Shown here: positions 55,764-59,606 of the stretch, in pieces | Layout of the letters: the number at the start of each line of letters is the position of its first letter | Numbering within the stretch: position 1 is the first letter of the stretch | Source of the DNA: a bacterium | Lineage (GTDB): Bacteria; JAGOBX01 | DNA length: 59,606 nt | Assembly (NCBI GenBank): GCA_036733285.1 | Contig: DAINAU010000002.1 | Location: 1-59,606, forward strand | Direction: 5' to 3' | The notes under the pieces: generated by a model | Seen by the model: the letters and a program-made list of their open reading frames with translations, nothing else | The model's database searches: none | Told to the model about the DNA's origin: nothing | Position numbers and translations under genes: made by a program

Positions 55764-58360
55764 TTTATATAAACAGCCTTTTTAATTTTTTTAGAACCGG
55801 TTTCAAATAAAATAATATATAATCCGGATTTATACTTTGCTCCGGAAAAATATACGGGGAAACTATGATTCCCCGAAGGAAAATTCCCGTCGTAAATTTT
55901 ATCTATTAAAATTCCGTTTAAATCATAAATTTTTATGTTTAATTTTTCCTGTCTTTCAAAATAAAAATTTATAGAGGCGTTTTGATTTTGCGTAATAATT
56001 CTCGGGGTAACGGAGATATTTAATTTTTCAGTATCTATCGGCGCAAAATATTCGTAACTGTCCGAACTGGCCGCGGCAAAATAGCGGCCGCTGTTTCTGA
56101 AAATAAAATTAATATAACCGTCGAATATTGAACCTCCGATTTTCGTTATATCCGCGCCTGTAGAATCAGAAGAATAATAAACTGATATCGGTCTGTTTTC
56201 AAACGATATGCCCCGTTCCTGTTTTGGTTTTGAAAATCGCGACGAATTTAATTCGGTCGGCGATAGTTTTATTGCGCAGTTTAACGGCTGTTTTAAACTA
56301 ATGTTTTCGCCGCCGATAAAATAGACCGGACTGAATAAAGAAAGATTATCGTATGCCGATAACTGAGCGCAGTATATTTCAAAATTCTGGTTGTATTCGA
56401 CGCTGTTTTGAGGAACGGATATTTCTACCGCTGAACTGTCAAAACAAATTTTGCCGTTATACTCTGGAGTTAATAGGATTTCAGATTTTGAGTTTATTAC
56501 GGTTATTTCAGATTCGGAAAAATTATTTGACAACAGTTCATACGCGCAAATTTTTAAATTTATAGTTCCGCCGGAATATTCGGAAAAATCGAATTGAAAT
56601 TGAATGGTTTCCGGAGTATTGTGAGATTCATAAATTTTTTTATAACCGGTAGTATCGGTTTTGATAAAACATAAAATCGTGTCAATATTATTTTCTTTAA
56701 TGTTAAATTTGATATTCCACAATCCCGAAACAGTCTGATTGTTTTGAGGCGAGATAAAACTAATTTCAGGAGGCGCATTATCAATTTTAAAAACGAATTT
56801 AAGATTTTCCGCAGTCGTTCTGTTTCGTTCGTTTTTTGCTTTTAATAGAAAAACGTAATCTGAATCCGTAAGATTGTTAAAAGTAATTTGAGAGTCTTTT
56901 GAAAAATCCGAAAACGGATTTCCGTTGAGAGAATATGAATAATAATAAGTATCGAAAAAATGGGGATTTTTCCATTTGACAGTATAATTATTTCCTCGCG
57001 TAATGAATGCCGAATCATTGCAAATAACCGGTTGCGTTATAAAAAAATTTGTGTTAGTGTTGCGGATATCTCCAAGCGGATAAACCGAATATGCAGTCGA
57101 AGAGTTTGTAGGTATAATATGAATCTGGTTTTCATCGTTATATACGATATCTGCTTTTCGGTTTCCGTCGACGTCCGCTATAACAGAAGCCATCACGTCT
57201 TTGCCTTCTAAAGAAATTTCCGCTAACTTTTTCATAAAACTGTCCGCTTCATTTTCATAACCTATGATATTCAGATAGTTTTTAAATCCGGGGTAAACCA
57301 AATCAAGAAGCCCGTTGTTGTCATAATCGATATACGAAGCGGAATAATAATTCATTCTGTCAGTTATTTTACGGTCTATAAATCTCGGATACGAATCGAC
57401 GAATTCGATAGCGTTGAAAGTGTCGTTGGCGATTGTTTGAAACGTAACCGCGGCAAATAAATCATAAGGTTTGATATTTGAACCTGTTTTTAAATGAGAC
57501 GTTAATGCGAATTCAAAATTGTCGGAATATTTTATTGAAGCGCCGCCGATTAGATTGTCGGTATAAGGCGGCTGATTGGAATAATAATCAAATAGTCTTG
57601 AATCCCTTTTATTGGAATAGGTATATATATAAAAACATTTTCCATAAGAGTAAATAATTTCAGGATAAGTATCCCCGTCAAAAGAGTCTGTAACAAAAAA
57701 AGTGTTGTAATCGCTTTTGAACGACATAGAAGTCAGTTCGCCGAAAGCTCCGTTGTTTTTTAAATTGACGTATTTAACGCGCCTATCCTGACAGCATACT
57801 ATCAAATCGTTATATCCGTCTTTGTTATTATCGAAAAGAATCGGAGGTTTTTCAATTTCGGAAATTAAATCTACAGGATAATATGAATTAAGAATTCCTT
57901 TTCCGTTGAAATTGTATAATCTGGTATTTCCGATTAATATTTCAAGCTCGTTGTCCTTGTTGAAATCCGCAATTACCGGATTTAAATATTTGGGAGAATA
58001 ATTCGCGACGTAAATATTTTCAAACCCTGGTTTTAAATTTCCTGCGGATAAATCAAACGCCTGTAAAAATCCCGAAGCGGTCCAGCAAACTATATCAAGT
58101 ATTCCGTCGTAGTCTATGTCCGCTATCGCCGGCAGCGAATTTACCGTTCCGTTAGTATATATTTTTTTTATGAGATTAAGATTTTCGTCATATATAACAA
58201 GGGAATCATCCGAACAAGCGGCGATTATCTCGGATTTGTCGTCGTTATTTATGTCAAAACAGATTGCGGTATTTGTGTATTCCGCGTTTAAACGAAAACA
58301 AAATACGGACAGAGCCAAAAAGATTAGTAAAAAACATTTAAAAAGTCGATATATAAACAT
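55760..58360 (-). CDS. FG-GAP repeat protein with a T9SS type A-like C-terminal domain
   Basis: Signal peptide; LPAIADIDYDG repeats; C-terminus P...QNASINF...IKIYDLNG..I..I..G....G.H......KSGLYII......KKAVYIK. Its stop overlaps the next gene's ATG. Confidence 0.82.
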   Translation of the reverse strand: MFIYRLFKCFLLIFLALSVFCFRLNAEYTNTAICFDINNDDKSEIIAACSDDSLVIYDENLNLIKKIYTNGTVNSLPAIADIDYDGILDIVCWTASGFLQAFDLSAGNLKPGFENIYVANYSPKYLNPVIADFNKDNELEILIGNTRLYNFNGKGILNSYYPVDLISEIEKPPILFDNNKDGYNDLIVCCQDRRVKYVNLKNNGAFGELTSMSFKSDYNTFFVTDSFDGDTYPEIIYSYGKCFYIYTYSNKRDSRLFDYYSNQPPYTDNLIGGASIKYSDNFEFALTSHLKTGSNIKPYDLFAAVTFQTIANDTFNAIEFVDSYPRFIDRKITDRMNYYSASYIDYDNNGLLDLVYPGFKNYLNIIGYENEADSFMKKLAEISLEGKDVMASVIADVDGNRKADIVYNDENQIHIIPTNSSTAYSVYPLGDIRNTNTNFFITQPVICNDSAFITRGNNYTVKWKNPHFFDTYYYSYSLNGNPFSDFSKDSQITFNNLTDSDYVFLLKAKNERNRTTAENLKFVFKIDNAPPEISFISPQNNQTVSGLWNIKFNIKENNIDTILCFIKTDTTGYKKIYESHNTPETIQFQFDFSEYSGGTINLKICAYELLSNNFSESEITVINSKSEILLTPEYNGKICFDSSAVEISVPQNSVEYNQNFEIYCAQLSAYDNLSLFSPVYFIGGENISLKQPLNCAIKLSPTELNSSRFSKPKQERGISFENRPISVYYSSDSTGADITKIGGSIFDGYINFIFRNSGRYFAAASSDSYEYFAPIDTEKLNISVTPRIITQNQNASINFYFERQEKLNIKIYDLNGILIDKIYDGNFPSGNHSFPVYFSGAKYKSGLYIILFETGSKKIKKAVYIK

Positions 58361-58372
58361 TTAAACCCGAAA

Positions 58373-59020
58373 TTATTTTGAAATTAAAATTGGAAATCCT
58401 CTTGAATCCCAGAGCTTGACATATCCGGTTTTTCTGTTTTTCAAAAAGGTTTCTTCGCTTTGCGGCATACCGTTTTCATAATATTTTATTCGTTTGCCGT
58501 TCAGTAATCCATTGTCGTAATTTGCCTCGCAGCTTACCGTATTATTTGGAAAACGGTATACGCATTTTCCGTGAAGATTTCCGTCGAGATAATTTTCTTC
58601 GAGTTTTATGTTTCCATTATCATACCATTCGGTTCGTTTGCCGTGAAAGTCGCCGCGTTTGTAATTTTCTTCAAGCGTTTTCTCGCCGTCAAAATTCCAT
58701 TTGACGAATTTTCTGATTTTGTTCTCGTTTTGAAATATGTTTACAGATATGATTTTATTGTTTAAAAATTCAAATTCGTATAATTTTACATCTCTCGTTT
58801 TTTTTTCCGTGTATCCCTCTATTAGTCTGTGAAAAGGATTCTCTAAAACAGAGATGATTTCTTTATCGGCAACGGGTCTGTTTATAAAATAATAAACCGG
58901 TTCCGAAATAATTTTTTTTTCAGAACCTGTTTGAGCTTGGACGCTGATTATTCCGGAATAATTGAATCCGATAAAAAATATTGTAAGAACCGCGGTTACT
59001 AATTTTATTTTTGAAATCAT
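58373..59020 (-). CDS. Exported MORN-variant repeat protein
   Basis: Signal or anchor; repeats such as HGKRTEWYDNGNIKLEENYLDGNLHGK and NGKRIKYYENG. Confidence 0.85.
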   Translation of the reverse strand: MISKIKLVTAVLTIFFIGFNYSGIISVQAQTGSEKKIISEPVYYFINRPVADKEIISVLENPFHRLIEGYTEKKTRDVKLYEFEFLNNKIISVNIFQNENKIRKFVKWNFDGEKTLEENYKRGDFHGKRTEWYDNGNIKLEENYLDGNLHGKCVYRFPNNTVSCEANYDNGLLNGKRIKYYENGMPQSEETFLKNRKTGYVKLWDSRGFPILISK

Positions 59021-59033
59021 ATCATACTAAAAA

Positions 59034-59549
59034 CTAATATTTAATCAAAGATTTCACATTGTATTTTTGCAATTTATCAAGTCCTTTTAAAAATGAAAGT
59101 TCTATAAGAAAACGAAGTCCTATTACATTTCCGCCAAGCGTCTCCACAAGTTTCACAAGCGCTTCGGCTGTTCCGCCAGTAGCTAACACGTCGTCAAGTA
59201 TTAAAATATTTTCGCCGGGTTTTATGGCGTCTGTATGTATTTCAAAACTGTCAGTTCCGTATTCGAGATTAAAACTTTGAGAAATAGTTTTATAAGGAAG
59301 TTTTCTCGGTTTGCGGGCAGGTATAAAACCGGCTTTTAATTTATACGCCACCGGCGCCGCTATTATGAAACCCCGGGCTTCGGCTCCAAGAACTTTATCT
59401 ATTTTCAAATCTTTAACGCTTTCAATAAACATCTTAATCATTTTATTAAAATATTTTCCGTCTCCAAGCAAAGGAGTAATATCTTTGAAAATAATTCCCT
59501 GTTTTGGAAAATTTTCAACGTCTCTGATTATATCTTTTAAATCTTTCAT
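59034..59549 (-). CDS. apt: Adenine phosphoribosyltransferase
   Basis: FPKQGIIFKDITPLL, EARGFI, RKPRKLP, LEYGTD, ILDDVLATGGT. Confidence 0.98.
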   Translation of the reverse strand: MKDLKDIIRDVENFPKQGIIFKDITPLLGDGKYFNKMIKMFIESVKDLKIDKVLGAEARGFIIAAPVAYKLKAGFIPARKPRKLPYKTISQSFNLEYGTDSFEIHTDAIKPGENILILDDVLATGGTAEALVKLVETLGGNVIGLRFLIELSFLKGLDKLQKYNVKSLIKY

Positions 59550-59606
59550 TATTTTTCTCCTATGATAAATATCAATATTTTTTATAAATAATCTACTCTT
59601 CGTATT

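Noticed and set aside
58373-59020. MORN-variant protein as a YwqK-type antitoxin of a toxin-antitoxin system
   Set aside because: No adjacent toxin gene, it carries an export signal, and the repeat family is widespread outside TA loci.

Overview
AT-rich chromosomal segment of a diderm (outer-membrane-bearing) bacterium with 47 supportable CDSs. I saw no rRNA, tRNA, CRISPR array, transposase or integrase, and the lineage cannot be fixed from this sequence alone. Left to right: mlaE and uvrB; a minus-strand MoxR/DUF58/BatA-E (vWA-TPR) operon with an inserted beta-barrel and TPR-parvulin; a divergent MEDS-LuxR regulator, a 39-bp-repeat protein and a GT-C glycosyltransferase; a TolC + two PhnD-like binding proteins + HAMP-PAS histidine kinase module; envelope lipoproteins, LD-carboxypeptidase, a TonB-like protein, ldhA, an O-antigen-ligase-like protein and an MlaD-like protein; a nifU-nifS-(HTH/Cys protein)-hypothetical-cysE-response regulator run; a 2.1-kaa SprA-like beta-barrel; ftsB and plsC; and a minus-strand cluster (apt, MORN protein, two FG-GAP proteins with T9SS-like C-terminal domains, a PorV-like barrel fused to a transglutaminase-like domain, an Fn3/FG-GAP protein with an apparently dead Zn-phospholipase C/P1-like domain, LpoB-like and TPR lipoproteins). 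Three leads stand out. (1) A type IX-like secretion module whose PorV-like barrel is fused to a Cys-His transglutaminase-like enzyme. (2) A consensus TTGACA-N17-TATAAT nifUS promoter with tandem palindromic operators, plus a downstream HTH/5-Cys protein that could be a non-IscR Fe-S sensor. (3) Several dispersed palindromic intergenic elements. All family assignments are motif recognition by eye, not database results.
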